DNA of 64,000 bases from Octopus vulgaris (lineage: Eukaryota): the NCBI GenBank assembly GCA_951406725.2, contig OX597827.1, forward strand, positions 74,090,001 through 74,154,000, read 5' to 3'. The position numbers and the translations under genes were made by a program. Positions 1 to 16,184 of this stretch are shown one piece after another. A model generated the notes under the pieces. The model did not search any database. It was given only the letters and a program-made list of their open reading frames with translations, and was not told where the DNA came from. Numbering within the stretch: the stretch's first letter is position 1; every line of letters begins with the position of its first letter.

Positions 1-77
1 AGATACAAGGCTCCATCTTTGGGATGTAGACAACACATACAAATTCACATTTGTATTTATGTCAATGTTCAGTATTA

Positions 78-135
78 TAACCTAGATTCAAGACTCCTTC
101 ATTGTAATTTCAACATCAACAGCAGGGTAGTTTTG
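78..135 (-). mobile_element. 3' UTR fragment of the same R4/Dong-type LINE
   Basis: Reverse complement resembles 17478-17535 (accctgttgatgatgttgaaat...gaatctaggtta). Confidence 0.6.
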
Positions 136-529
136 TACGTATGTATGTATGTATGTATGTATGTATGTATGTATGTATGTATGTATGTATGTATGTATGT
201 ATGTATGTATGTATGTATGTATGCGTGCATGTATGTATGTATGTATGAATGTATGTATGTGTGTATATATGTATGTATATATGAACGTCCTTTCGTAGCT
301 ACGTACGTATATTTCTATGTATGAATATATGTATATGAATATTTATATGTGCGTGAGTGTTTGTTTGCCTGTTTGTGTGTGTGCGTGTGTGTATGTGAGT
401 GTGTGTTTGTGCAGATATGTACATGCATGAATTCATATATAAACACACAAGCATTCATATACAATCAGTGATGTTATGATATATCATAAAAACACAGTTT
501 GTTATAGAAATATACTATATGCTGATGGA

Positions 530-727
530 CTTCGATAGTAGACTATTTGTTTTATGATGGTCTACTTAACACATATTGTATCACTTTCTCATAGAAAGAT
601 TTCTGTATTTAAATTATTATAGATGAGATGTTCCATATTAATGAGACCAGTTTATAAAGTGAATAAAGGTGATTTTACTTATTCCGATTTCTCTTTCTTC
701 ACGAACATTCATAAAAAATTGAAGGAA
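530..727 (-). repeat. Partial copy of unit 'C'
   Basis: Matches 2210-2405 directly (gactatttgttt...aaattgaagga). Confidence 0.85.
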
Positions 728-983
728 AGGGATCTTTTCACTTTGACCGGCAGATTTTTAAAATAATTTCTTTGTAACTAAACACTTAAAACTTCGTATA
801 CTGGTAGTGTGTTACAGAAAACATCTTTTTCTCTTGGTTTCTTGAGAAAATTCGGTAGTTTGTAAGCTATTTGATCTTTAATTTCTTGCATTTCGGCAAT
901 TTCAACCAATCAATGACGTATATTGAGGTGAATCCAATTTCTGCCGTATTTTGTCACAAACATTTTCTGGGGGTGTCATATGT
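727..983. mobile_element. Fragment of a non-autonomous DNA transposon (MITE-like)
   Basis: Starts aaagggatcttttcactttgaccggcag and truncates unit C; resembles a recalled abundant octopus MITE terminus. Confidence 0.35.
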
Positions 984-1088
984 TGAGGAAGACAAATTGT
1001 GCTGCAGTGTATTTATACGTTGTATCCCTCAATTGGGAAGGGGCCATTTATTTATACCTGCTAGCATATATATATATATATATATTCA

Positions 1089-1163
<75 letters not shown>

Positions 1164-1186
1164 ATGTATATATATATATACATATG

Positions 1187-1233
<47 letters not shown>

Positions 1234-1269
1234 ATATATATATATGTATATATTTATATATACATATAT

Positions 1270-1620
1270 GCAAGCAGGTATAAATAAATAGGTATATATT
1301 ATAAATATATATGTATATATATATATACATAAGTATGAATGTATATATGTATGTAAATGTATAACTACACGTTTGTGTTGTGTTGTGTGTATATACAAGC
1401 GCACACGCATAAACTGTATAAGTACATAACTTCATACCTAAATTCACAAAATAGAGACGTGTGCAGGGGAAGTATGTGTGTGCTCCTGAAAGGGAAGGAT
1501 TATTACGTACCTTATTTTAGTTTTGAGACAATGTTAAATAAACCTGGGCCTGTTGAGGAAAAGTAATTGTGTTGCAGTGTATCTATATGTTGTATCCCTG
1601 AATTGGGAAGGGGACGTATA
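1270..1620 (-). repeat. Companion module (spacer plus CR1 3' fragment) travelling with unit C; copies at 3445-3885 and inverted at 12185-12575
   Basis: Near-identical aactgtataagtacataacttcatacc...ggaagggg block. Its 1520-1620 part is homologous to the CR1 at 57075-57165 ([18 protein letters not shown]). Confidence 0.85.
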
Positions 1621-1707
1621 TATACATAACAATTATATATATATACACACACACATGCATACATACATACATACATACATACATACATACATACATACAT
1701 ACATACA

Positions 1708-1741
<34 letters not shown>

Positions 1742-1781
1742 CATACAAACATACATACATACATACATACATACATACATA

Positions 1782-3086
<1,305 letters not shown>

Positions 3087-3382
3087 GCAAGCAAGGTATA
3101 AATATGTATATATATAATATATAATATATATAATATATGATGTATAATATATATGATATATAATAAGATTGGGTATTATCTGGTAGTTGATAATTGATTT
3201 GGATACAGTTCTCCATTTTCTTATTTTGTATTATTAATTTGTGGTAAAACATTTTACCTTTGCCCATATAATACAGTAAATGAATTAACATTTATGTATT
3301 AACTCTGTTGGGTACTTCACTAGCAGTATATTGGATATATGTTATCCCATGGAGGGTTGCATTTACAACCCCTATCTCAATT

Positions 3383-3422
<40 letters not shown>

Positions 3423-3976
3423 TATATATTTATATATATATATCTACAAGCAGGTATAAATAAATATCTATATAATATATATATATGTATGCAAGCAGGT
3501 ACGAATAAATATATATATATAATAAATATATATATGTGTGTGTGTGTGTGTGTTTTTGTATACATACATTCACATATAAATACATATCCATGCAAGTATG
3601 TATGAATGTATATATGTATGTAAATGTATAACTACATATGTGTGTTGTGTGTGTATATACAAACACACACGCACAAAACTGTATACGTACATAACTTCAT
3701 ACCTACATTCACAAAACAGAGACGTGTGCTGGGGAAGTATGTGTGTGCTCCTGAAAGGGAAGGATTATTAGGTACCTTATTTTAGTTTTGAGACAATGTT
3801 AAATAAGACTGGGCCTGTTGAGGAAAAGTAATTGTGTTGCAGTGTATCGATATGCTGTATCCCTGAGTTGGGAAGGGGGCGGATATACACATAACAATTA
3901 CATATATATACACACATACATACATACATACATACATACATACATACATACATACATACATACATACATACATACA

Positions 3977-4007
<31 letters not shown>

Positions 4008-4244
4008 GCACGCACGTGTCACTCAGACTTACTAAAATAAAGTAAAATTATCATCATACATTTTATAGACATTTCTTGCAATTCTTCGAGATGTCTGTCT
4101 TTCGGTTAGATTCTGTGTCCTGTAACAGCAATCACCAGTTCTCTGAAAACGTAGGAAGGTTATGAAGCATTCACGGAGAATGTTGGATGCTACGATTTAT
4201 TTACTTATCCATTTCCACAGGAAAATTGGTCAGTTTAACACACA

Positions 4245-5318
<1,074 letters not shown>

Positions 5319-5329
5319 CGCACATTTAA

Positions 5330-6708
5330 ATACACTTACTAATAATCCAACAACCGAAAACAAAATTAAGAATTACATCGAAATCTTAATATATCAAAAT
5401 CAATAAACCTTATTTCTGCAACAAATATTCCCATCGTCATAACAAAACATTCTGTATAATCGGCAACAACTGAAAATTATCCGCGTGAAAATCTAAGACG
5501 AGTAGCCGCCCTTGGATAACATGTCTTTGTCTTAAGTTCAATATTTCTCACAAACCCAGCTTAAAGTAAGCGAACCGTTGTCAATGACAACATTACGTCA
5601 GAAATAGAATCGCTTGACGCATGCGTATTCCTCAATCTTAATATCGTCTGCTACAAACCTCGACAAGACAAAACAGGTCAACATATTTGTTCCACTGCTG
5701 ACATTGAAAATTCATAAAGAAATTCAGTGGAAAATTACAGTTTATTAGCATTGAATGTTGTAGAGGGATTTTTTTAAAAATTAATAATTCTACAGAAAAT
5801 AAGAAGACATACAAAATGTTTTTCGTGGTTCTGTCGACAGATACGGTAAGTAAAATCTTTTACAATTATAAGTTTGAAACTAGAGCAATCCAAGTTACAT
5901 TGATTTTGATGTCCTTCAATTTTTGATGAACTTTGTTGAAGAAAAAGAAATCTGAATAAGAGAAATCACTTTTATTCACTTTATGAACTGCTCTCATTAA
6001 TATGGAACATCTCATCTATAATAGTTTAAATACAGAAATCTTTCTATGAGAATGTGATACAATATGTGTTAAGTAGACCATCATGAAACAAATAGTCTAT
6101 TATCGAAGGTTGGGCAAATATAATTTCATTGCAGAAAACTCCATTACTACCTGTTATCGTAGCTGATATGTCGAACGAATAAATAATTTTCTGCTCTACC
6201 TCTGTGAAGTTGGAATGGCAATTTCTCTGATAAAAAATGAAATATTTTATTTCACAATTCAAAAAAGCATTTTCAGAATGTGTTCTTAGGTAACAAATAC
6301 AAACTGAACTATACATATATCTATATTAGTGAGAGAATGTATGCAGATGAAATAATTATAACTATAAATTGATACTGAAGAAATCTAAAGAAAATGCTTT
6401 CGACTTATAATGGGAAACTTCCCAAATTCTCTGTTGTATTCAGGGACATAGTGCGGTCGAATTTTCACATCTTGTCTGTGAAATAAGAAACACATTTAAC
6501 TCTTCCATAGTTTGTTCACAAAATGTTGTTGTGGCATTCTATAACCGATGATATTCAGCATTTAATTTGACTGGAACTGTTGTCAGCACGACGATTAGCT
6601 TCATACAAGATATTCAACTGGTATCTGATGAGATATGGGTTCGACTCCCGGGACCATCTGCTAAGAATTGTTTTCTGTTATGAGTGTAAAATATGAAAAT
6701 TTCTGCTG
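5330..6708 (+). repeat. Multi-copy unit 'C', right arm of inverted repeat (longest copy)
   Basis: Matches 1782-2986 (inverted), 13070-14015 (direct) and 17780-18580 / 34008-34808 (diverged direct). Confidence 0.92.
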
Positions 6709-6776
6709 CTTTCACGGGTATACTGCGTTCGAAACTTAGCGTCTTGTCTGCAATCTCTCTCTCTTCTCTCTCTCTC

Positions 6777-6861
<85 letters not shown>

Positions 6862-6933
6862 GATCGGTCGTGTTATTCTTTGCTCCGCAGTGAAAGATTG
6901 TTTTTGTGCTGAAAAGTTTGAAAATTTGCTGTT

Positions 6934-8640
6934 TTGGTCGTCGAGGCCACTTCTTTTCTGCTATTGCAGCAGAGTTCTGCTGTTTTTTCCCCCTTGTTTC
7001 AAGGGGGAAGTGACGAAAAAGACATGAATTTGCAACCAGTCACCTCCGAGTCGGAGGAAAACGTTGAAAATTTGTTTGAAGGCATGAAGGCGAAAATGCG
7101 GGAGGAGGAAGGTAGAAGTAAAGAGACGTCTCACGCGAGCGTTACAAAAGCAGACGACAATATGTCTGGCGAAGCTAGTAAACGACAAGAAAAGGCAAAA
7201 ATAAATTTTGCGAGTGCAGCAACTCGCCCCTGTGAAAATATAGTCATTAACAAGGAAGAATTAAAGAAATACCAAGGACTACTAAAAAAAGAAGGTGATA
7301 ATGTGAAGTTGTTCCCTCCCAGTGAATTGATTTACGCGACGGAGAGAAAAACTGTCATATACAAGACGTATAATGTCAAAAATAAGAAAATTGACTTCGT
7401 ACAGAGAGAAGCCATTGAAAAATGTTTGAGGCCGATATGGCAACAAACTACGTATATAACAAGGGGTAGTCGCTTCGGCACGGTAGAGGTGCGTTTCCCT
7501 AGCGAAGAAATAGCTAGGGAACATTCAACAAGAACGTTGAAGTCAGAAGAGGTAGTTCTTTTACCATTTTATTTAGGAATGAGAACTAGTAGAATAACGG
7601 TTACGGACATTCCGCCCGAAATAGATGTGGACTTCATAACAGCAGCGATTCTCTTAGGCAAAGAGGAAGAAATTGCCATTCTTCAGTCTAAAAGATATCG
7701 CCCCACAACCTGGTATGGACAGGACTTAGAGCTTGTGATCCAAGCGAACCCCTCGGACTTGGAAAAATTGCCAAGCTCCCTCACCATTGGAGATACCACC
7801 TTGATGGTAATAGTCGAGGGAAGAAAACCGAGATGCTATAAATGTGGCGAGAAAGGCCACATACGGTCGAGCTGCAAGAAGACAGCGAAAGAAAATACTA
7901 CAGAGGCAAGCACGACGCCGAAAACAACTTCACCGCTAGAAATAGCAGCCACGTCGCGCACCCCAATTGCCGAAATTCAGCCGACAACTGGAGAAAACAA
8001 CGACAACAACGATGACAACAACATCAACAACATCCAGGAGTGGGTCAACGTGGAAGCTTCAAAAAGAAGACGGAAACGGAAAAATCCACCCTCTTCGGAT
8101 ACACAGGACTATACTCTGACACAGACAAGCACACCCACACCCACAAATACAGTCGCAAACACACACGTAGCCAAAAAAACACACACACTGGAAAAAGCAC
8201 ACACAAACACTCACACACCTACCACAAGCACGCACACACCTACAGACACCCACGCTTCTACAAGCACACACACACCCACAAACACACACACACAGCCCCC
8301 TCCACAATCATCTAACAAAAAAAAAAGAAACACCTTCACGGCGATAAATAAAAACAATAACCCATTAAGGGAAAAAATTAATTTACTGAAATCGGCGAAA
8401 AAGTATATCGCAACAGATATAAATAGTATTATATCCGAAAATGTAGAATTTTATACGATAGATAACAAGGATTATTTTGAAATTAAAAAATCTTTTGCGG
8501 AGGATGTAGGCCCGTTACAGATGAACTTTTCAAGCCATCTGTACAAACAATTCGCAAAAAAACTAACCTCGCAAAACACAACACTCACAGACAGAAAAGA
8601 TGAGGGTGAAACTACACCCTCTCTTCCGTTAAAACAGTAA
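6934..8640 (+). CDS. Tx1 ORF1 (gag-like) protein, intact frame
   Basis: 568-codon open frame, zinc knuckle CYKCGEKGHIRSSC, basic KRRRKRK, Thr/His-rich linker. True start is probably the ATG at 7024 or 7084. Confidence 0.85.
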   Translation: MVVEATSFLLLQQSSAVFSPLFQGGSDEKDMNLQPVTSESEENVENLFEGMKAKMREEEGRSKETSHASVTKADDNMSGEASKRQEKAKINFASAATRPCENIVINKEELKKYQGLLKKEGDNVKLFPPSELIYATERKTVIYKTYNVKNKKIDFVQREAIEKCLRPIWQQTTYITRGSRFGTVEVRFPSEEIAREHSTRTLKSEEVVLLPFYLGMRTSRITVTDIPPEIDVDFITAAILLGKEEEIAILQSKRYRPTTWYGQDLELVIQANPSDLEKLPSSLTIGDTTLMVIVEGRKPRCYKCGEKGHIRSSCKKTAKENTTEASTTPKTTSPLEIAATSRTPIAEIQPTTGENNDNNDDNNINNIQEWVNVEASKRRRKRKNPPSSDTQDYTLTQTSTPTPTNTVANTHVAKKTHTLEKAHTNTHTPTTSTHTPTDTHASTSTHTPTNTHTQPPPQSSNKKKRNTFTAINKNNNPLREKINLLKSAKKYIATDINSIISENVEFYTIDNKDYFEIKKSFAEDVGPLQMNFSSHLYKQFAKKLTSQNTTLTDRKDEGETTPSLPLKQ

Positions 8641-8659
8641 GTTTTAAACATTCAACTAA

Positions 8660-11547
8660 ATTTTCACATTCTCGTTTAAACTCGGTTGTATAAATATTCG
8701 CGGCCTGGGGTCGTATTGGAAGCAAGGCTACCTCCTTAACGACCTTAGGTCGCATCGTTTGGATGTAGTGGTAATTACCGAATCCAGACTGAGTGGGCTG
8801 CAGGCTTTTTCGCCCCTTCTAAACGGCTACGAGAAATACATTTCTCCCTGTCGACCTGGAGGGGGAGGAGGAGTGGCAGTGCTGGTCAGGAAAAACCTGG
8901 ATTTAGAGATTAGAACTGTCTTTATAGATCCGGAAGGCAGGTTGGTCGTTTTGGATGTGACGCACAGCAGTGGTAAAGTGTTCAGGCTGGTCGCTGTCTA
9001 TGCTCCCTGCGAAGGAAAAGCCGGGCAGAAAGAGTATTTCAAAAGCCTAGAGAATTTTCTTGGCACGTCGAACACGTTAGTATTGCTAGGTGACTTCAAC
9101 ATAATTTGCGATGCAAGCGTAGATTATGTTGGCTCAAGAAAGAATAAGAGGGGATTACCTCAACTCAACGATATGCTAAGTCATTTCGAATTGGCAGATA
9201 GATTCAGACTGGACCATCCATACATTCCAGAGTGGACCTGGGCAAGAAACGACGTGGCAACAACTCAACCATTCGATCCTTGACGGGCCCAAATGGTCGA
9301 TTAGTAAACGAACCCGAGGAGATGTGCAAGGTGTTTCATGATCATTTCGCCCAGCTATTCGGGAGGAGCGGCGAGCTGGAGCGCGGGGAGAAGCTCGCAG
9401 ACTTCCTAGCCGGTTCGCCGCGTCTATCGGGGCCGGACGCGGAATCTTGTGAGGCGCCGATCACAGCCAAAGAAGTCGAGGATGTGTTGGCAGAATGCGG
9501 CGGGGACAAATCGCCGGGACTCGATGGTCTGCCTTACGAACTCTATAGTAGCATGCCAGACTTGTTTGGGCACCTACTTGCATGCGTGTACACCAACTGG
9601 CAGCAGAACGGGAGAATTCCTAAGTCTGTGAGCCGAGGGGTGGTAGCGTTGTTAAGAAAGGACCCAAACAACGGGGATTTAATTGATAATTTCCGGCCTA
9701 TCACTCTGCTTAACGCAGAGTTGAAGATCTTGGCCAAGGTCTTAGCAAAAAGGTTGGAAGGGTCGTGGGTGAACTTGTTGGCGAGGCGCAAACTTGCGCC
9801 ATCCCTGGAAGGACCATCCACGACAATCTCCACTTTCTACGCTATGCCTTAGAAAGGGTAAATAGGATTCCTGGCAAGGGTGGGGCTATGGTCCACTTGG
9901 ACCAATCGAAAGCGTTTGATAGGGTGGACCATCAGTATCTGGCGGCGGTCCTCGCGGCGGCTGGCTTCGGCCCGACCTTCCGCGGATGGATCATCGCTTT
10001 ATACAGCAACATCGAATCGGTAGTTCGGGTAAATGGTTTCCTTTCGGAGCCGTTCAGCATTGAACGTTCGGTACGTCAAGGGTGTCCGCTCTCCCCGCTT
10101 CTCTACGTTTTGGCCCTCGAGCCGTTGCTGAGGATGTTGGAAACTATGAGAGGCACCCCGCAAGATCTAGGGTGCGGAAAGTCAGCTTCGGCGTATGCGG
10201 ACGACATCACCGTCATCGTTTCCCGAGTCGAGCACCTACAGTGGGTGGGTGAGGCCTTAAGGGACTACGAAGCGGTGGCAGGAGCGAAAGTCAACCGGGA
10301 TAAATCGGTCGGCTTGCAACTCGGCACCTGGAGGGGCAAGTCGATGTCTTCCGACAGCGTCGTAGGACGTTGGACGGAAGGACCGGTGAAAATGCTTGGG
10401 ATCTGGTTAGGTCCAGATCTCCAGATAGAGAAGAATTGGAGCGAGGTGGCGAGAAAGGTGGCTCTCCTAACTCAGACATGGTCTGGAACGGAATCTGTCC
10501 TTGAAAGGGAAGGCGGAGGTTGCAGAAGTGTTTATCGCCTCTGTAATCACTTACCGCCTAACCGTAGTGCCTTGCCCCGATTCGTGGCTGAACAAACTGG
10601 AACGCATGCTCTTTCGCTTTTTGTGGAGGGGCAGCAGACCTCTTGTAAGGCGCTCTATTTGCTGCCAAAAGCCGCTGAACGGTGGGTTAGGGATGCCGTG
10701 GCTAAAAATGCGCAGACATGCGCTCAGGCTTAGGCACCTCTGGATTTACCTGGACGGTGAGCAGGTGTGGTCTCCGTTTGTCAAGCTGTTATTTCCACAG
10801 TTCACATCGTTTAACGAACTGAACCCATGGATCAAGTGTAGACCGAGGTTGGGCATGTGGCATGCAGAGTGCTATCAAGCACTCGTGCTTCTCTCCCAGT
10901 CAGGCAACGCCGGTGGCGGGGCTACTACCGCGTTCTTCTATAGAGGGTTAGTAGAATTTAAGTGTGACGACGTCCTAGGAGAAACTCTGGGCTTCGACGA
11001 AAATCAACTGGCCAGCCTGTTCCAAAGAACATTCGGTCCGGGGCCTATGGATAATTACCAAAAGTCCCTGGCCTGGCAATGTTACAGAGGAGCTTTACCG
11101 GTTCGAGATAAGCTCTTTAGACATGGGTGTGCACCTTCGCCGGTTTGTGCAAGATGTAAGAGGGACAGTGAAACTGTCCTGCACGCGATTGTGCAATGCC
11201 CCAAGGTGACTGAACTCTGGACTTATGTCGAACACCTGCTGTCGCATTCGAGAAGAGTACAACTGTCGAGCGAATCTGTAATTAAGATAGTTCCGCCGAC
11301 CTTCCTGAATAGGGAGGAGCGAGACTGTTTTCTTTCGGTAGTTGCTATGGCGAAAGAAGTAGTGTGGAAGACGAGAGTAAAAGGAATTGCAACAGGCATG
11401 TTTATCTCCAGTCTCGAGCTAATCGACTTTTTCGTTTTCCACATGAAACGGAAAATAAGGCTGGAGAAGAAATGCCTGTCGCAAAGTGTGTTTCGTAAAA
11501 GATGGAAGTCTATAGCAAGTATGTTGCGAGTGAAAGAACCTATTTAA
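8660..11547 (+). pseudogene. Tx1 ORF2 (APE endonuclease-RT-zf-RVT), disrupted
   Basis: Motifs CINIRGL, VYAP, LLGDFN, SPGLDG, FRPITLLN, LDQSKAFDRVDH, RQGCPLSP, AYADD, CARC...ETVLHAIVQC. Frame breaks at ~9250 (internal deletion), ~9760 and ~10490. Confidence 0.9.
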
Positions 11548-11763
11548 TCGAGAATGTAAAAAAGGATAAAGCAAAGTCTTCAGTGTGAGTATGTGGTTTG
11601 TGGGGTCGACCGCGTCCTCCGCTTCATTTTCTGTTAATCACCCCTTCTCATTTAATTGTATATATATTAATTGTTTGTTTATTCATGTTTCGTCTCATTC
11701 GATACCCTGACCCCAACGTTTGTTTTGTCCCCTCTTTTTCTCAACCTTATGGTGAATAAAAAG

Positions 11764-11888
<125 letters not shown>

Positions 11889-11946
11889 ATACACATATAT
11901 ATTTACAAGATATATTTTCCAGAAAATTTTCTTATCCTATATCAAT

Positions 11947-12088
<142 letters not shown>

Positions 12089-12572
12089 GTGTGTGTGTAT
12101 GTATATATATATATATGTGTGTGTCTGTGTGTGTATGTATATATATATGTGTGTGTGTGTGTATACGCGTGTTAAGTATATATACGCACCCTTCTCAAAT
12201 CAGGGATACAACATATAGATACACTGCAACACAATTACTTTTCCTCAACAGGCCCAGGCTTATTTAACATTGTCTCAAAACTAAAATAAGGTACGTAATA
12301 ATCCTTCCCTTTCAGGAGCACACACATACTTCCCCTGCACACGTCTCTGTTTTGTGAATGTAGGTATGAAGTTATGTACTTATACAGTTTTGTGCGTGTG
12401 TGCTTGTATATACACACACAACACACACATGTAGTTATACATTTACATACATATATACATTCATACATACTTGCATGGATATGTATTTATGTGTTTATGT
12501 ATGTATACAAACATACCCACTCACACACACACACATATATATATATTATATATATATTTATTTATACCTGCT

Positions 12573-12608
<36 letters not shown>

Positions 12609-12609
<1 letters not shown>

Positions 12610-12941
12610 GAGATCCCCTTCGGTCATGACTGACTGTGGGATTACACCTAGAATGTTACCCTCCCAGGCACAAGTCGGGGCAAGGTTGTTTAGGGAAGAC
12701 CAGCAGTCGCCCATTCGTACCGGCTTCCCCTCTCCACGCCACCAGTGTTATCCAAGGGAAAAGCAAAGCCCGATACAGCTTGGCATCTGTGACGTCGCAA
12801 CTCATTTCTACAGCTGAGTGAACTGGAGCAACGTGAAATAAAGTGTCTTGCTCAAGAACACAATACGCAACCCGGTCCCGAATTTAAAGTCACAACCTCT
12901 CGATCGTAAGTTCGACACTCTAACCACTGAGCCATGTGCCT

Positions 12942-12946
<5 letters not shown>
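12609..12946 (-). mobile_element. tRNA-derived CORE-type SINE (remnant of paralogous copy at 4862-4903)
   Basis: Minus strand shows A-box TGGCTCAGTGG, a tRNA-like head, then a CORE-like tgtgttcttgagcaagacactttatttcacg...cagctgtagaaatgagt. Confidence 0.8.
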
Positions 12947-12989
<43 letters not shown>

Positions 12990-13022
12990 TTTATATATAT
13001 ATTTTATATATACACATTTATA

Positions 13023-13061
<39 letters not shown>

Positions 13062-13069
13062 GCACATTT

Positions 13070-14015
13070 ATATACACTTCTAATAATCCAACAACCGACA
13101 ACGAAATTAAGATTCACTTCCAAATCTAAATATATCAAAATAAACAAACCTTATTTCTGCAACAAATATTCCCATCGTCATTTATCCGTGTGAAAATCCA
13201 ACACGAGTAGCCGCCCTTGGATAACACGTCTTTGTCTTAAGTTCAATATTTCTCACAAACCCAGCTTAAAGTAAGCGAACCGTTGTCAATGACAACATTA
13301 CGTCAGAAATAGAATCGCTTGACGCATGCGTATTCCTCAATCTTAATATCGTCTGCTACAAACCTCGACAAGACAAAACAGGTCAACATATTTGTTCCAC
13401 TGCTGACATTGAAAGTTCATAAAGAAATTCAGTGGAAAATTACAGTTTATTAGCATTTAATACTATAGAGTCATTTTTTTAAAAATTAATAATTCTACAG
13501 AAAATAAGAAGACACACAAAATGTTTTTCGTGGTTCTATCGACAGACACGGTAAGTAGGAACTTTTACAATTATAAGTTTGCAACTAGAGCAATCCAAGT
13601 TACATTGATTTTGATGTCCTTCAATTTTTGATGACTTTTGTTGAAAGAAATAAAAATCTGAATAAGAGAAATCACTTTTATTCACTTTATGAACTGCTCT
13701 CATTAATATGGAACATCTCATCTATAATAGTTTAAATACAGAAATCTTTCTATGAGAATGTGATACAATATGTGTTAAGTAGAACATCATGAAACAAATA
13801 GTCTATTATCGAAGGTTGGGCAAATATAATTTCATTGCAGACAACTCCCTTACAACCTGTTATCGTAGCTGATATGTCGAACGAATAAATAATTTTCTTC
13901 TCTACCTCTGTGACGATTAGCTTTATATTACATATACAAACGATATCTCCTGGGATACGAGTTCGACTCCCGTGATCACCTGCTAAGAATTTGTCTGTGT
14001 TATGAGTGTAAAATA
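13070..14015 (+). repeat. Multi-copy unit 'C', direct copy with internal deletions
   Basis: Near-identical to 5330-6207, then jumps to the equivalent of 6588-6695. Confidence 0.9.
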
Positions 14016-14069
14016 GAAAGTAGAGAAGTTGTTATAGACCATGAGTATCCTTCAACGTCAGTTATACAT

Positions 14070-14560
14070 ACAAGTAATATATCTAGACTTCTTTAAGGCC
14101 TTCGAAGAAGCTGATCAGAGAATTACATACCACAACCAATTATGATCATAGTATAAATGGAAAACTAATGGACCAATCATCTGACAAAATTTGCTGTTCA
14201 CAACACTTGTTCAGAGGAGACATTATTTCTATGAGGTGTCCCTCGCGGATCCGATTGGGATAATGTTTGTAGTGGCTCTTTTAGACCTACTCTCACTCAC
14301 GCAGTAAGTCATTCTCTCTAGGTACGTTGATGATATAAAAGTATCAAAAGTAATCAAAAACATACATTTCAGTAAAAAATTAAACGTATTATACAAATAG
14401 ACAGAATGTAGTCGACACGCAAATCAGTACTGGGAAATTTTGTGTATTCAGCTATCAATCTACAAGGATATCACAATTAGAATGCAATGAACTGGCAGGT
14501 CTTGCCAGTGGAAATACACAAGTACATGAGCAGAGACTCAAGATTATTACTAAATGATGC
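14070..14560 (+). pseudogene. Degraded CR1-type LINE RT fragment
   Basis: Remnant motifs IYLDFFKAF, GVPRGS and YVDDIK in broken frames. Confidence 0.6.
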
Positions 14561-14924
14561 GCAACGAACATATGGAATTATGTATTTTGTATGATTCCAT
14601 GTACGTGCCGCATGGCTCACACCCTCAGAATTGTGAGGTTGTGTCGTCGATTACCAGACCGGATTATATGTTATGTTTTTACTCGGCTGTAGAAATGATT
14701 TACGACGTGACCGGTGCCGAGCTGCATCGGCTTTTACCTTTCCCTTCCACAACATTGGTTGCATACCAGAAATTCTCCATGTGGGAACTTTGTGAATAGA
14801 TGCACATTCTCGGGTGTATGCATTGATACATCAACCAACACACAAATTTAACCGCATATTTACAAACACAAGGAATTCTTTTGATTCAAAAGTCTTGTTG
14901 CTTTGTTAGCAAACGTCTGAACTC

Positions 14925-15010
14925 ATACCTACATATATACATACATACACACATACATACATACATACATACATTACATACATACATACATACATACATA
15001 TATAGATACA

Positions 15011-15044
<34 letters not shown>

Positions 15045-15162
15045 CATACATACACACATGCATACATACAAATATACATACATACATACATACATACATA
15101 CATGCATACATACACACATACACACATACATACATACATATATACATGCATACATGCATACA

Positions 15163-15196
<34 letters not shown>

Positions 15197-15324
15197 CATA
15201 CATACACACATGCATACATACATACATACATACATACATACATACATACATACATACATACATACATACATACATACATACACACATACACACATACATA
15301 CATACATACATACATACATACATG

Positions 15325-15356
<32 letters not shown>

Positions 15357-15928
15357 CATACATACACACATGCATACATACATACATACATACATACATA
15401 CATACATACATGCATACATACACACATACACACATACACACATGCATACATACATACATACATACATACATACATGCATACATGCATACATACATACATA
15501 CATACATACATACATACATACATACATACATGCATACATGCATACATACACACATGCATACATACATACATACATACATACATAAATACATACATACATG
15601 CATACATATATACATACATACATACATACGTGCATGCATGAACGCTCGCACGCACGCATACATACATATATACATAAATACATACATACATACATGCATG
15701 CATGCATACATACATACATACATACATACATACATACATACATGTATACATGCATACATGCATACATACATACATACACACATGCATACATACATACATG
15801 CATACATACATACATACATACATGCATACATGCATACATACATACATATATACATACATACATACATACATACATACATGTATACATGCATACATGCATA
15901 CATACACACATACACACATACACACATG

Positions 15929-15959
<31 letters not shown>

Positions 15960-15968
15960 GCATACATG

Positions 15969-16000
<32 letters not shown>

Positions 16001-16153
16001 CGTGCATGCATGCACGCTCGCACACACGCATACATACATACATAAATACATACATATATACATACATACATACATACGTGCATGCATGCACGCTCGCACA
16101 TACGCATACATACATATATACATAAATACATACATACATACATGCATACATGC

Positions 16154-16184
<31 letters not shown>

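Noticed and set aside
5920-5960. C/D-box snoRNA in the putative intron of unit C (TGATGA...CTGA)
   Set aside because: Boxes are only ~30 nt apart with no terminal stem; too short.
6620-6670. Hammerhead at CTGATGAG 6625, or a functional tRNA gene
   Set aside because: No downstream GAAA/stem III for a hammerhead; no cloverleaf or A-box for a tRNA.
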